A stretch of DNA of 64,000 nucleotides from Verrucomicrobiota bacterium (GTDB lineage Bacteria; Verrucomicrobiota; Verrucomicrobiia; Limisphaerales; Palsa-1400). Below, in pieces: positions 40,018-48,713 of this stretch; position 1 is the first letter of the stretch, and every line of letters starts with the position of its first letter. The notes under the pieces are model-generated. The model ran no database searches. It was not told the origin of the DNA and worked only from the letters and a program-made list of their open reading frames with translations. A program made the translations under genes and the position numbers. The stretch is taken from positions 64,001 to 128,000 of the forward strand of contig JBEKYR010000005.1 in the NCBI GenBank assembly GCA_049510745.1, written 5' to 3'.

Positions 40018-40746
40018 TCAGGTTTTTCGCGCGAAATGGATGCTCATCGCGCCGCCAAGCAGGTTGCGTACCCGGATGTCCCGGCAACCCAAGGCCGCCA
40101 TTTTTTCCGCCACGCCGCGCTGCGCGGGATAGTCTTGCAGTGATTCATATATGTAAGCGTGCGTGGCGGAGTCACGGCAAAAAATCCTTCCAAACAGCGG
40201 AACGGCCCATCGCAGCCAGCTAAAATAAAGCCGCCGCCAGAGCCAGCCTTCAGGCTTGCCGAAATCCAGCGCCAGGAGCCTTCCGCCGGGCCGGGCCACG
40301 CGCGCCATCTCTGCCAGGCCGCGTTCCCAACTTTCCAGATTCCTCAGTCCGTAGCCGATGGTGACAATGTCGAAAGAAGCGTCGCCGAAGGGGAGGCGCA
40401 TGGCGTCGCCGCTCATAAACCGCAACGGAGGGGCGGACGGCGCGGCGGGCGGGTTTTTGGCCCGTTTCTCCGCCACCGCCAGCATCGCGGGGCTGAAATC
40501 CAGGCCGACAACTTCCGCGCCGGCGGCGCGCAAGGCGAACGCGATGTCGCCCGTTCCACAGCAGAGGTCCAGCGCTTTTTCGCCCGGTTGCACGGCGGCC
40601 ATTTCGACCAGGAGCTTTTTCCAGCGGCGATGCAGCCAGAAGCTTTGCAGGTCGTTGATCAGGTCGTAACGCGGCGCGATGGCGTCGAAGAGGTCTCCGA
40701 CGCGGGCGGCCCTTTGTTCTCCCGGTTGGTAATACTTGTTGCTCAC
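40018..40746 (-). CDS. ubiE: Ubiquinone/menaquinone biosynthesis C-methyltransferase (UbiE/MenG)
   Basis: FDAIAPRYDLINDLQSF.LH..WK, LDLCCGTGD, YGLRN, YIYES. Confidence 0.92.
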   Translation of the reverse strand: MSNKYYQPGEQRAARVGDLFDAIAPRYDLINDLQSFWLHRRWKKLLVEMAAVQPGEKALDLCCGTGDIAFALRAAGAEVVGLDFSPAMLAVAEKRAKNPPAAPSAPPLRFMSGDAMRLPFGDASFDIVTIGYGLRNLESWERGLAEMARVARPGGRLLALDFGKPEGWLWRRLYFSWLRWAVPLFGRIFCRDSATHAYIYESLQDYPAQRGVAEKMAALGCRDIRVRNLLGGAMSIHFARKT

Positions 40747-40772
40747 GCCTTCCGGGCCGATAGTCTCATGTC

Positions 40773-43031
40773 ATGGCGTCTCCGATTCAAGCCGGGCCTC
40801 GAAGTGAATTGCGCATCGCGGGAATGAACTGCGCCAACTGCGTCCGTCACGTCACGGATGCCTTGCAGGCCGTGGCGGGCGTGGCGAGCGCCGTTGTCTC
40901 GTTGCAGGAAGCGCGGGCGCGGGTCCGCTGGCAATCCGGCGCGACCCCGGACGTTTCCGCTCTTGCCGCGGCGGTGCGCGCGGCGGGTTATGAGGCAGAA
41001 CCGCTTTCGGCGGAAAACCAGCCGAAACGGGCCGCGCCCTTGGATGGCTGGCGTTTGAACGTGGCCGTCGGCCTTCTCTGCACCGCGCCGCTAATGGCGG
41101 GCGAATGGGTCTTTGGGCTGGGAATGAGGACTTGGTTCCATTGGCTGGCGTTTGCGCTGGCGCTTCCCGTGCAGGTTTTTTGCGGCGCGCGATTTTACAG
41201 GGGCGCCTGGCAACAACTCAAATCGGGCGGGTCAAATATGGACACGCTGGTGGCGCTGGGATCGACGGCCGCCTTCGGCTACAGCGTGTGGGCGCTCTTT
41301 TCCGGCGCGGGCGGACATCTCTATTTCATGGAAGCGGCCGCCATCATCACGTTGATCAGCGTGGGCCACTGGCTGGAGGCGCGCGCGACCAGCCATGCGG
41401 AAAAATCCCTGCGCGCCTTGTTCCAATTGGCTCCGCCTACAGCCCGCCGCCGCAACGTCGATGGCACCGAAACGCCCGTGCCCGCCGCCGAGCTTCAGCC
41501 TGGCGACAAGGTCGTTTTGCGGCCGGGCGACCGGGTCCCAACGGACGGCCAGTTGCTCGAAGGCCAGTGCAGCATGGATGAAGCGATGTTGACCGGCGAA
41601 TCGATGCCGGTGGAGAAGGCGGCGGGCGGACGCGTTTATGGCGGGACAGTGAACCTGAACGGGCAGGTTGTGATGGAGGTGACGGCGGTCGGCGACGCCA
41701 CGGCCCTGGCCCAGATCGTCGCCGCCGTCGAGCGCGCGCAGAACAGCCGGGCGGATATTCAACGTCTGGCAGACCGGGTCAGCAATGTCTTTGTGCCCAT
41801 CGTGGTGGCGATCGCCATCGGGGCCGCCCTTTGGTGGGGCTTGGCGCCCGGCCAGGCCCATCGGTTCAGCGCGTTGCTGGGCCGCTATCTGTGGCCTCCG
41901 CACATGCCATCGACGCCCCTGGCCGCGGCGATTCTCAGCGCGGTAGCGGTGTTGATTGTGGCCTGTCCGTGCGCGATGGGTTTGGCCACGCCGGTGGCGA
42001 TCATGGCGGGCGCCAACGTGGCCGCCCGGCGCGGCATTCTAATTCGAGACGGCATCGCATTGGAAAAGGCGGGCGGCATCACGGTGCTGCTGGCTGACAA
42101 AACCGGCACATTGACCTGGGGCAAACCCACTGTCGTGGCCACCGAGGGCAACGACTTGCCACTGGCCGCGTCATTGGCGGCGGGTTCCAAACATCCCCTG
42201 AGCCAGGCGGTGGCGAAACTGGCCACGGAAAGGACTTCGTTCCGGGACTGGCGGGAAATTCGCGGGTCGGGGGTGGAGGCGGTCTTGGAAGGCGCGGTCG
42301 TGGCGCGTCTGGGTTCACTGGCGTGGTTGAAGAGTTGCGGCATCGACACGCCGGACCGAAATGGATTCGCGGAAAAATGGAGCGCCGATGGCGCCACGAT
42401 TCTTGGCCTGGCGGCGGGGTCGAACTTATCAACCCTCATCGCGTTGCGGGACACCGTCAAACCGGCCGCCGCCGAAGTGGTGCGCGAGTTGACGCAAAGC
42501 GGTTTGAAAGTGTTTATGGTCACGGGTGATAATCCGCGCACGGCCCATGCCATCGCCCGCCAGGCGGGCATCGCGGCGGAAAATGTTTTCGCGCAAATCC
42601 GGCCCGAGCGCAAAGCGGAGTTGGTCAGCCAATTGCAGGCCAAAGGCGAGCGCGTGGCCTTTGTCGGCGACGGCATCAACGACGCGCCGGCGCTGGAACA
42701 GGCCGATTTGGGCATCGCCGTCAGCGAAGCCAGCGATGTCGCCGGAGCGGCGGCGGACATCATTTTGCTGAAGACGGAGATAGAGGCGATACCGGAGGCG
42801 CTGGCGTTGGCGCGGGCCACGTTGCGGACCATCCGGCAGAATTTGTTTTGGGCCTTTTTTTACAACGCCGCCGCCGTGCCCCTGGCGGCGCTGGGCTTCT
42901 TGAGTCCGATCCTTTGCGCGGCGGCGATGGGCCTTTCGGATTTGGTGGTGATTGGCAACGCCCTGCGGCTGGGCAAAACTGCCCCGAGAAAACCGGCCGC
43001 GCCTCCGTCTCTTTCCTGTCCGAATCCGTAG
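40773..43031 (+). CDS. copA: Heavy-metal (Cu+-type) translocating P1B ATPase
   Basis: GMNCANC HMA, TGES, CPC, DKTGT, HP, GDGIND, YN and M...S TM motifs. Confidence 0.93.
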   Translation: MASPIQAGPRSELRIAGMNCANCVRHVTDALQAVAGVASAVVSLQEARARVRWQSGATPDVSALAAAVRAAGYEAEPLSAENQPKRAAPLDGWRLNVAVGLLCTAPLMAGEWVFGLGMRTWFHWLAFALALPVQVFCGARFYRGAWQQLKSGGSNMDTLVALGSTAAFGYSVWALFSGAGGHLYFMEAAAIITLISVGHWLEARATSHAEKSLRALFQLAPPTARRRNVDGTETPVPAAELQPGDKVVLRPGDRVPTDGQLLEGQCSMDEAMLTGESMPVEKAAGGRVYGGTVNLNGQVVMEVTAVGDATALAQIVAAVERAQNSRADIQRLADRVSNVFVPIVVAIAIGAALWWGLAPGQAHRFSALLGRYLWPPHMPSTPLAAAILSAVAVLIVACPCAMGLATPVAIMAGANVAARRGILIRDGIALEKAGGITVLLADKTGTLTWGKPTVVATEGNDLPLAASLAAGSKHPLSQAVAKLATERTSFRDWREIRGSGVEAVLEGAVVARLGSLAWLKSCGIDTPDRNGFAEKWSADGATILGLAAGSNLSTLIALRDTVKPAAAEVVRELTQSGLKVFMVTGDNPRTAHAIARQAGIAAENVFAQIRPERKAELVSQLQAKGERVAFVGDGINDAPALEQADLGIAVSEASDVAGAAADIILLKTEIEAIPEALALARATLRTIRQNLFWAFFYNAAAVPLAALGFLSPILCAAAMGLSDLVVIGNALRLGKTAPRKPAAPPSLSCPNP

Positions 43032-43241
43032 CGCCTTTTTGGGAGCGCAATCGTCTCAAAAAATGACTCCAAAAACACTTCGCACTCCCGCATGAAATGT
43101 CATACTGTCATATGACAGTATGGATTGTTGGGCGTGCTCGAATCCTTGGCGACTTTGTGGGAGTGCGGCCATGCGATTGTCTCTAAAAATTACTTGGCGC
43201 TCCCGCATGCAATGTCATCCTGTCATATGACAGTATTCATT
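43021..43241. repeat. Dispersed repeat, copies 2 and 3 in tandem (118-119-bp period)
   Basis: Units start CGAATCC at 43021 and 43139; perfect 22-bp palindrome CATACTGTCATATGACAGTATG 43101-43122; 14-bp core again at 43220-43233. Confidence 0.85.
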
Positions 43242-43297
43242 TCCGGCTGGCTGCAACGCTGGCGCGCTGGTGTGCCGGTCTGGTGAACAGAGCGACA

Positions 43298-44965
43298 TCA
43301 TCGCTGAGAATCGGGGTTTGTGACGAAGCGGGCCGAATAAAACGCCGGCTGCCCCTGCGCATCACACCAGGTTTGGATGGATAGGCGCTTGCCGGCAGGC
43401 GGGACGAGCCGGGCGAAGTTGTGACCGAACGTGAACAGGCTGTATTGATCCGGGTGAAAAAGGTAAACCAAATTGTCCCCATCGGGTGGACTTGACAGGT
43501 CCACGCCGGGGTTCGCATTCCATTGCCAGATCGGTTCCTCCATGCGCGGGCCGTCGGCCAGGAATAGCAGTGGCTCGTTAAATCCCCAATCCAGGCTGAT
43601 GATGACGAGGTCGGTGCGGCCTTTGACCTTCTGGCAGAATTGGACCAACGCCTCGCTCCACCAACCCCGTCCGCCCGTTTCCCGAATCAACCGCTGGGTT
43701 CGGGCAATCGCCACGGTCTGCCAGCCGAGCAGGACGACAAAGCCGGCCGCGAGCAGAGCGCGCCCGGTTCGCGCGGCGCGCCGCCCGTCGCTCCACCGTT
43801 GCCACCCGCCCACCAGCGCGGCGGCGATGATCAAATGCGGAAAGGGCAGAACCAGGAGAGCGTGATGCAGCCGCACCGCCCCCGGCAGCAGCAGGACGCC
43901 CGCCGTCACAAAAACGGTTGTCAAGAGGAGAAATAGGGACAGGCGTCTGGCTTTTTCCTCGCCGTCCCGCCGGAGCACTCCGGCCGCCAGCGCCACTGCG
44001 GCCGCCGCCAACACCACCGAAAAAGGCGTCCACGCCGCCGACGGGACTTGGCACATGGTGTCAAATCGCCCGCCGGCCGCCATCAGCCGGTAAAAATACG
44101 ATCCGTCGCCCATCATTTGCAGAGTGTGGAGTTTCTCGTTCAACTCGCCCGGGGGGGCAAAGCCATGATGATGGGCATGGATTTCAGCCACTTGCGAGAG
44201 CATCAGCCCGCCGCCGAGCAAAAAGCCCAGGCCGCCCATCTCCGCCAACAGGCGGCGGCGGACCACAAACGCGGCAAGCGGGCGGCCAAACGCCCCCGCA
44301 GCGCCCAACCCCGCGCCCAGCAACAGGACCGCGAAGTCGATCTTATTGAACAATCCCAGCCCGAGGCAGAAGCCCGCCAGGAACGCGTCGCGGGCCTTTC
44401 CTTTCTCCCACGCGCGCACCGCGAAAAGGAAACCGGCGAACCGGAAGAGCAAACCCGGCGCGGCGGAGCCCCAGTCAAGCACACCTGTGAAAAAGAACGC
44501 CGGGTCCAGCGCCAGCAGCGGGCCGGCGGCCAGCGCCACTTTCAGCCCCGCCATGCGCCAGGTCCAGAGCATGAACAAGAGCAACCCGGCCGCGCTCCAG
44601 GCCAGGTTGGTCAGGCGCAGCGCCGGCACGTTCGGTCCAAAGAGCGCCACCGAAGGAATCAGCATCCAGCTCTTGACGGCTCCCAGGTAGGATTGGACAA
44701 AGACAGGAAACGGACGGCCAAAGACCTCGACCACCCCGGTATTGGGCATGTGCTGGCCGCGCGCCGGGCCGGCCACAAAATCCCTGGCCAACCCCCCAAA
44801 AATGGCCTCGTCATAATACAGGCCCGGCTGGAACGCGTTCTCTCCGCCCAAGCAAAACAGAATCGCGGCCAGCGCCAGCCAGACACCGAGCACCGCCCGC
44901 AGTTCGCCGGAGCGGTTGCCGGCCCTGGCCGCCGGCTCGGAGGAATCTGGAGAATCACTTTGCAT
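43298..44965 (-). CDS. GT-C fold membrane glycosyltransferase (ArnT/PMT family 39-like)
   Basis: Polytopic; PGLYYDEA in the first loop; GLGLFNK; start refined to ATG 44965. Confidence 0.75.
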   Translation of the reverse strand: MQSDSPDSSEPAARAGNRSGELRAVLGVWLALAAILFCLGGENAFQPGLYYDEAIFGGLARDFVAGPARGQHMPNTGVVEVFGRPFPVFVQSYLGAVKSWMLIPSVALFGPNVPALRLTNLAWSAAGLLLFMLWTWRMAGLKVALAAGPLLALDPAFFFTGVLDWGSAAPGLLFRFAGFLFAVRAWEKGKARDAFLAGFCLGLGLFNKIDFAVLLLGAGLGAAGAFGRPLAAFVVRRRLLAEMGGLGFLLGGGLMLSQVAEIHAHHHGFAPPGELNEKLHTLQMMGDGSYFYRLMAAGGRFDTMCQVPSAAWTPFSVVLAAAAVALAAGVLRRDGEEKARRLSLFLLLTTVFVTAGVLLLPGAVRLHHALLVLPFPHLIIAAALVGGWQRWSDGRRAARTGRALLAAGFVVLLGWQTVAIARTQRLIRETGGRGWWSEALVQFCQKVKGRTDLVIISLDWGFNEPLLFLADGPRMEEPIWQWNANPGVDLSSPPDGDNLVYLFHPDQYSLFTFGHNFARLVPPAGKRLSIQTWCDAQGQPAFYSARFVTNPDSQR

Positions 44966-45012
44966 TCCGCGGCACCCGCGTAATCGTGTGTTTTTGGAGA
45001 GCGGGGCCTTGG

Positions 45013-45240
45013 TCAAGACTTGCGGCAGCGCGAGGCCAACGCCTTCACGACAGGAACAAGTCGGCAGTCTTCCAACGGGCGGTAATGCAGTGGCCTGCGG
45101 CGGGCGCGTTTGAGCCAAGCCACATCCTCGGCGTCCTCCACGCGCTCCAAGAGTTCTTCATAATTCTTGATGGGGATGATGACCGAGACGGGTTTGCCGT
45201 TGCGCGTCACGATTTCAGGTTCTGGCATTGTCGCCTTCAT
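45013..45240 (-). CDS. Phd/YefM-like antitoxin (3' end possibly degenerate)
   Basis: IVTRNGKPVSVIIPIKNYEELLERVEDAED. Confidence 0.7.
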   Translation of the reverse strand: MKATMPEPEIVTRNGKPVSVIIPIKNYEELLERVEDAEDVAWLKRARRRPLHYRPLEDCRLVPVVKALASRCRKS

Positions 45241-45264
45241 AGTCGTGGATTACCGTCTCCACGT

Positions 45265-45453
45265 TCAGGCACGCGGAGTGTTCTCCTCCTCATCCAGCGC
45301 GCGGAAAGATGCCGCCGCCAGAGCCGCGAAATCGTCATCCGTCAAATCATCAGACATGGGAGCACGTTCGACGATGGCGCGTCGAAGCTGTTGACGCTCC
45401 TTTTCCGAAAGCTGCTCGAACTCGCCAAGAATTTGAGTGACTGCTTGTGTCAT
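45265..45453 (-). CDS. Small acidic antitoxin-like protein
   Basis: MTQAVTQIL.EFEQLSEKERQQL...LTDDDFAALA..F..LDEEE, addiction-module-like composition. Confidence 0.55.
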   Translation of the reverse strand: MTQAVTQILGEFEQLSEKERQQLRRAIVERAPMSDDLTDDDFAALAAASFRALDEEENTPRA

Positions 45454-45542
45454 GTCCTGAACATACGCCGACGGAAAGGACTGAGCAAGCGCCGGGTATT
45501 AAGCGATTGACAAGCAGTACGATTCGTGATAAAGGAGCGATC

Positions 45543-46172
45543 ATGACTAAGGAAGGGATTATCATTGCCGCTTTCACGACAATGGCCATGTTCTCTTTAC
45601 AACGGTTGGAAGCTCAGGGGACATTAACGATGGCGACTGATCCGACATTCGGGCCAAACTCACTAATTGTTGACACGGCAACAGGTCTGAACTGGCTAAA
45701 CCTAAAATACACAGATGGCTTGAGTTATGACCAGGTCATTGGGGAGATGGCGCCGGGAGAGCTCTTCGCGGGATTTACGTATGCTAGCTCTGCCCAGGTG
45801 ACTACACTTTTTGCGGATGGTACGCCAGGGAACGCAAATTATTCGCCCACGAGTCCTGCAATTGCGACATTCATTGATTTGGTTGGAAGCACCGGAGAGC
45901 AGAACGGATACCCTTACTCCATGGGTGAAGTGCTAAACGGACCACCTGGTATTATTGGTGGCGAGCTTATCATACCGACGTGGGGCCTTTTTGTTGCAGG
46001 TTACAACGGCGTCTTTTCTTATGGTGTGCAGGGGTCCAGGCAAGGAGAGTGGTACGGGGGCGGTTTCGGAAGCTGGCTTGTGGAAGCTGTACCGGAGCCC
46101 AAGACATGGTGCTTGTGTTTGCTTGCCGCACCATTTGTAATCAGCGCGGTTCGGAAAAGAAGCAGAATATGA
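45543..46172 (+). CDS. PEP-CTERM sorting-domain surface protein
   Basis: Signal peptide; DTATGLNWL motif; C-terminal VPEP + hydrophobic helix + RKRSR; AT-richer. Confidence 0.85.
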   Translation: MTKEGIIIAAFTTMAMFSLQRLEAQGTLTMATDPTFGPNSLIVDTATGLNWLNLKYTDGLSYDQVIGEMAPGELFAGFTYASSAQVTTLFADGTPGNANYSPTSPAIATFIDLVGSTGEQNGYPYSMGEVLNGPPGIIGGELIIPTWGLFVAGYNGVFSYGVQGSRQGEWYGGGFGSWLVEAVPEPKTWCLCLLAAPFVISAVRKRSRI

Positions 46173-46385
46173 TACTGTTTGGGATTTTTTAGCGGATTTC
46201 TGAGGATTCGTGAGGAGCGCGCGATTTCGGAAGCGCCCTAACGATAACGCCTTGCAACGTGTGAGGATTGGTGAGTAAATAGTATTGTCACTTTCGAGTC
46301 AGTCAGCCTTATGCCAGTTGCGCTGATATGATACATGAATATAACTAATGCGTTAATTTTTCGCTTGCTTTGTTCGCTCTGTTCG

Positions 46386-46424
46386 TAATGCGGGGAATGG
46401 CGGGAGTGGCGGGGCTCGAACCCG
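46386..46424. repeat. att site distal to the tRNA (39-bp direct repeat)
   Basis: TAATGCGGGGAATGGCGGGAGTGGCGGGGCTCGAACCCG, identical to 51307-51345. Confidence 0.95.
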
Positions 46425-46439
46425 CTACGAATCATTGCA

Positions 46440-46484
46440 AATCAAGGACTTAGGTGGGCTGCCATCACAAGGAGCCTCACAAAT
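46440..46484 (+). promoter_or_regulatory. IHF-consensus site and putative integrase arm-type sites
   Basis: AATCAAGGACTTA matches WATCAAN4TTR; GAGCCTCACAAAT 46472-46484 recurs at 51159-51171. Confidence 0.6.
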
Positions 46485-46607
46485 CTCTGGCGTGTTGGGG
46501 CAGGACCTGTCACGCGTAGTCACTGCATGGGCTGATCTTCCTCCGCCTCTCAAGGCTGCAATCCTCGCCATTATCGAGGCCGCCGGGAAATAGGAAAGCG
46601 GCTACCT

Positions 46608-47546
46608 GTGGACACGCAAGCCAGTGGGGGCACGGAAGGGCCGGGGGCGGAGCGGCGCGAAGCGCCGCCCGCACCCGGCCTTCCTTGTCTAAATAGTAAC
46701 AATTCAGACAACGCGGAAGCGAGTCCGTGGAATCTCCTGACGGGTTCGCATCGCAAGGTGGCCTTCTGTCTGCAAGGAGAAATTCTCGCTTTGGTTGAGG
46801 ACTTCGGTATTGAGCATCTTGGATTTTTAACCCTCACTTTTGCTGATCATGTCGTTGACATCAGGGAAGCGTCTCGGCGGTTTAACAATCTCAACCGGCG
46901 CGTATTGAAGGCCCGTTACAAGCGCCTGGTGGCGGTGCCAGAGCGGACGAAGATTCAGAGGCTGCATTTCCACTGCCTGTGCGTGTTAGACGTTGATATC
47001 CGCACTGGCTGCGATTTTGAGGCTTTCAAGAAAGGGGATTACCGGTCGGCATCGGCGGTTCTTAAGTCCGAGTGGAAGTTTTGGCGCGAGACTGCGCCCA
47101 AGTATGGCTTCGGTCGGACTGAGTTGCTGCCGGTTAAGTCAACCGCCGAGGGCATCTCGAAATACGTTGGGAAATACATCGCCAAGCACATCGACTGCCG
47201 GGTCGAAAAGGACAAAGGCGCGAGGTTGGTTCGCTACATCGGTTATCGCCCTGGGGAGCGGTCGTTCCACCCACACATGATGTTCAATTCGGAGCATGCC
47301 TGGCTGTGGCGGCAGAAGGTAGAAAAGTTCACCCGCCAAAATCGCATTTTTGACATGGAGCATTTCACGAAGATTTGCGGGCCTCGTTGGTGCTACTTTT
47401 TTCAAGACGCGATTCTTCACACGGATTTGCCTCCTGGCACGGTGTTTCCGTCGTTGGCTCTGGGGTTGGACGAGTCGGAGCGCAAGAGCGCCAGGGAGTG
47501 TTTGCTTTTGAAAGTTCGTCTTTGCAAAGACATCGACAAGCTGTGA
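46608..47546 (+). CDS. Rolling-circle replication initiator (HUH endonuclease, two-Tyr type)
   Basis: Motif I FLTLTF, motif II LHFHCL, motif III YVGKYIAK; start codon uncertain. Confidence 0.88.
   Translation: MDTQASGGTEGPGAERREAPPAPGLPCLNSNNSDNAEASPWNLLTGSHRKVAFCLQGEILALVEDFGIEHLGFLTLTFADHVVDIREASRRFNNLNRRVLKARYKRLVAVPERTKIQRLHFHCLCVLDVDIRTGCDFEAFKKGDYRSASAVLKSEWKFWRETAPKYGFGRTELLPVKSTAEGISKYVGKYIAKHIDCRVEKDKGARLVRYIGYRPGERSFHPHMMFNSEHAWLWRQKVEKFTRQNRIFDMEHFTKICGPRWCYFFQDAILHTDLPPGTVFPSLALGLDESERKSARECLLLKVRLCKDIDKL
46634..46705 (+). other. Candidate double-strand replication origin (GC hairpin plus AT-rich tract)
   Basis: Stem GGAAGGGCCGGGGGCGGAGCGGCGC-GAA-GCGCCGCCCGCACCCGGCCTTCC followed by TTGTCTAAATAGTAACAATTC. 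Confidence 0.6.
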
Positions 47547-47748
47547 GTCCGCACTGTCAATTACACCGTGTAACCTCGGAACTGCGCGGAGCGTAACCAA
47601 CACAACCAAACAGGACCACCCTTGCCACCCTGGGCAATAGGGAGAACCTGGCATTGGAAAAAACCATCCTGGGCAAGGGGCATCTCAATGCGATTTGTCT
47701 TGCTAGGGCCATCAAAAAGCGCAATGGTGGCCGAAATTTAAAACACGC

Positions 47749-48594
47749 ATGACAATCGTTGTTGGACTAATAGGCAAGGAATCAATCGTTTTAGCGAGTG
47801 ACAGCCAGTCAACCTATGGAGTGGCAAAGTTACTGAACGCAAGAAAAATAGGCGTCGTCGCATTTGAAAATGGAACGGCACTTGTTGCACAAGCTGGCGC
47901 GGCGTATCCGGCGTCTCGCGCAGTGCAACTTTTTGAACGGAAGGCAAAAAGCCTTCGCGTTACTGATTCCGAATCGTTTATTAAGGCCGCTCGTGACTCT
48001 GTATTAGAAGTGAAACATTGCCTAATTGAAGGACAAGGGGGAGCAGCGTTTTCAGAAGATAGACGGGAGCAATTTTTTAGATGTGACTACTACTTTAAAT
48101 TGATGGTCGCTTACTATCTTAACGACCAGCCTTTCATTTTCACGATTGATAGTTATGACTGTCTGCCGGTCCATCTGAAATCGGATTATGTGGCAATGGG
48201 ATGCGGTGACACTTTAGCGTATTACCTTTTAAGCGAGATTGTGGAACTAGGGATGCCATTTACGAACTGCATGGCGCGTGCAATCTACGTTGTGGAAAAG
48301 GTCAAACAAAACGTTGAGGGATGCGGGGGATCGACATGCGTTGGAGTTGTTCATAACGTCCCTGATTCGGATGATGATTATACCGCGAAAGTCCGCCGTT
48401 CAAAAGGATTGACATTACCGTATAGCAGTGCTCGTGTTCTTGATCAAAATAGAATCAGCGATATTGCAAGGAGACTTACAGACGTTGATTTTAAATGCAG
48501 GAAAGATAGAAACAAGCAAATTATAGCGATGATTCAAGGTGTGGAGGCTGATTATCAGAACGAATGGGACGAATCGCCGGAGGAAGTACAATGA
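47749..48594 (+). CDS. Proteasome-beta/HslV-fold Ntn-hydrolase-like protein (element cargo)
   Basis: M-T1-IVVG...VLASDSQ...RKI; later VAMGCG and GCGG at the positions of the GSG and SGG motifs. Confidence 0.75.
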   Translation: MTIVVGLIGKESIVLASDSQSTYGVAKLLNARKIGVVAFENGTALVAQAGAAYPASRAVQLFERKAKSLRVTDSESFIKAARDSVLEVKHCLIEGQGGAAFSEDRREQFFRCDYYFKLMVAYYLNDQPFIFTIDSYDCLPVHLKSDYVAMGCGDTLAYYLLSEIVELGMPFTNCMARAIYVVEKVKQNVEGCGGSTCVGVVHNVPDSDDDYTAKVRRSKGLTLPYSSARVLDQNRISDIARRLTDVDFKCRKDRNKQIIAMIQGVEADYQNEWDESPEEVQ

Positions 48595-48713
48595 GTAAGC
48601 CAGGTATCCAAGTCGGTTTTTACTGGCGATAACCAGGATTTGTTTCTTGAAGACACTGTTCCTGTTTTGAGGACTGCGTGCGGCTTAGTGCAGTATCACA
48701 TGTGGCAGCAAAT

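Noticed and set aside
43021..43241. Possible CRISPR array
   Set aside because: Only two units, the intervening sequences are similar to each other rather than unique spacers, and there are no cas genes
46365..46386. LexA box
   Set aside because: TGTTC half-sites are in direct orientation (TGTTC-N4-TGTTC), not the palindromic TGTTC-N4-GAACA or the GTTC-N7-GTTC spacing
46398..46424. Second tRNA-Asp gene
   Set aside because: Only the T-arm and acceptor 3' strand are present; it is the att duplicate
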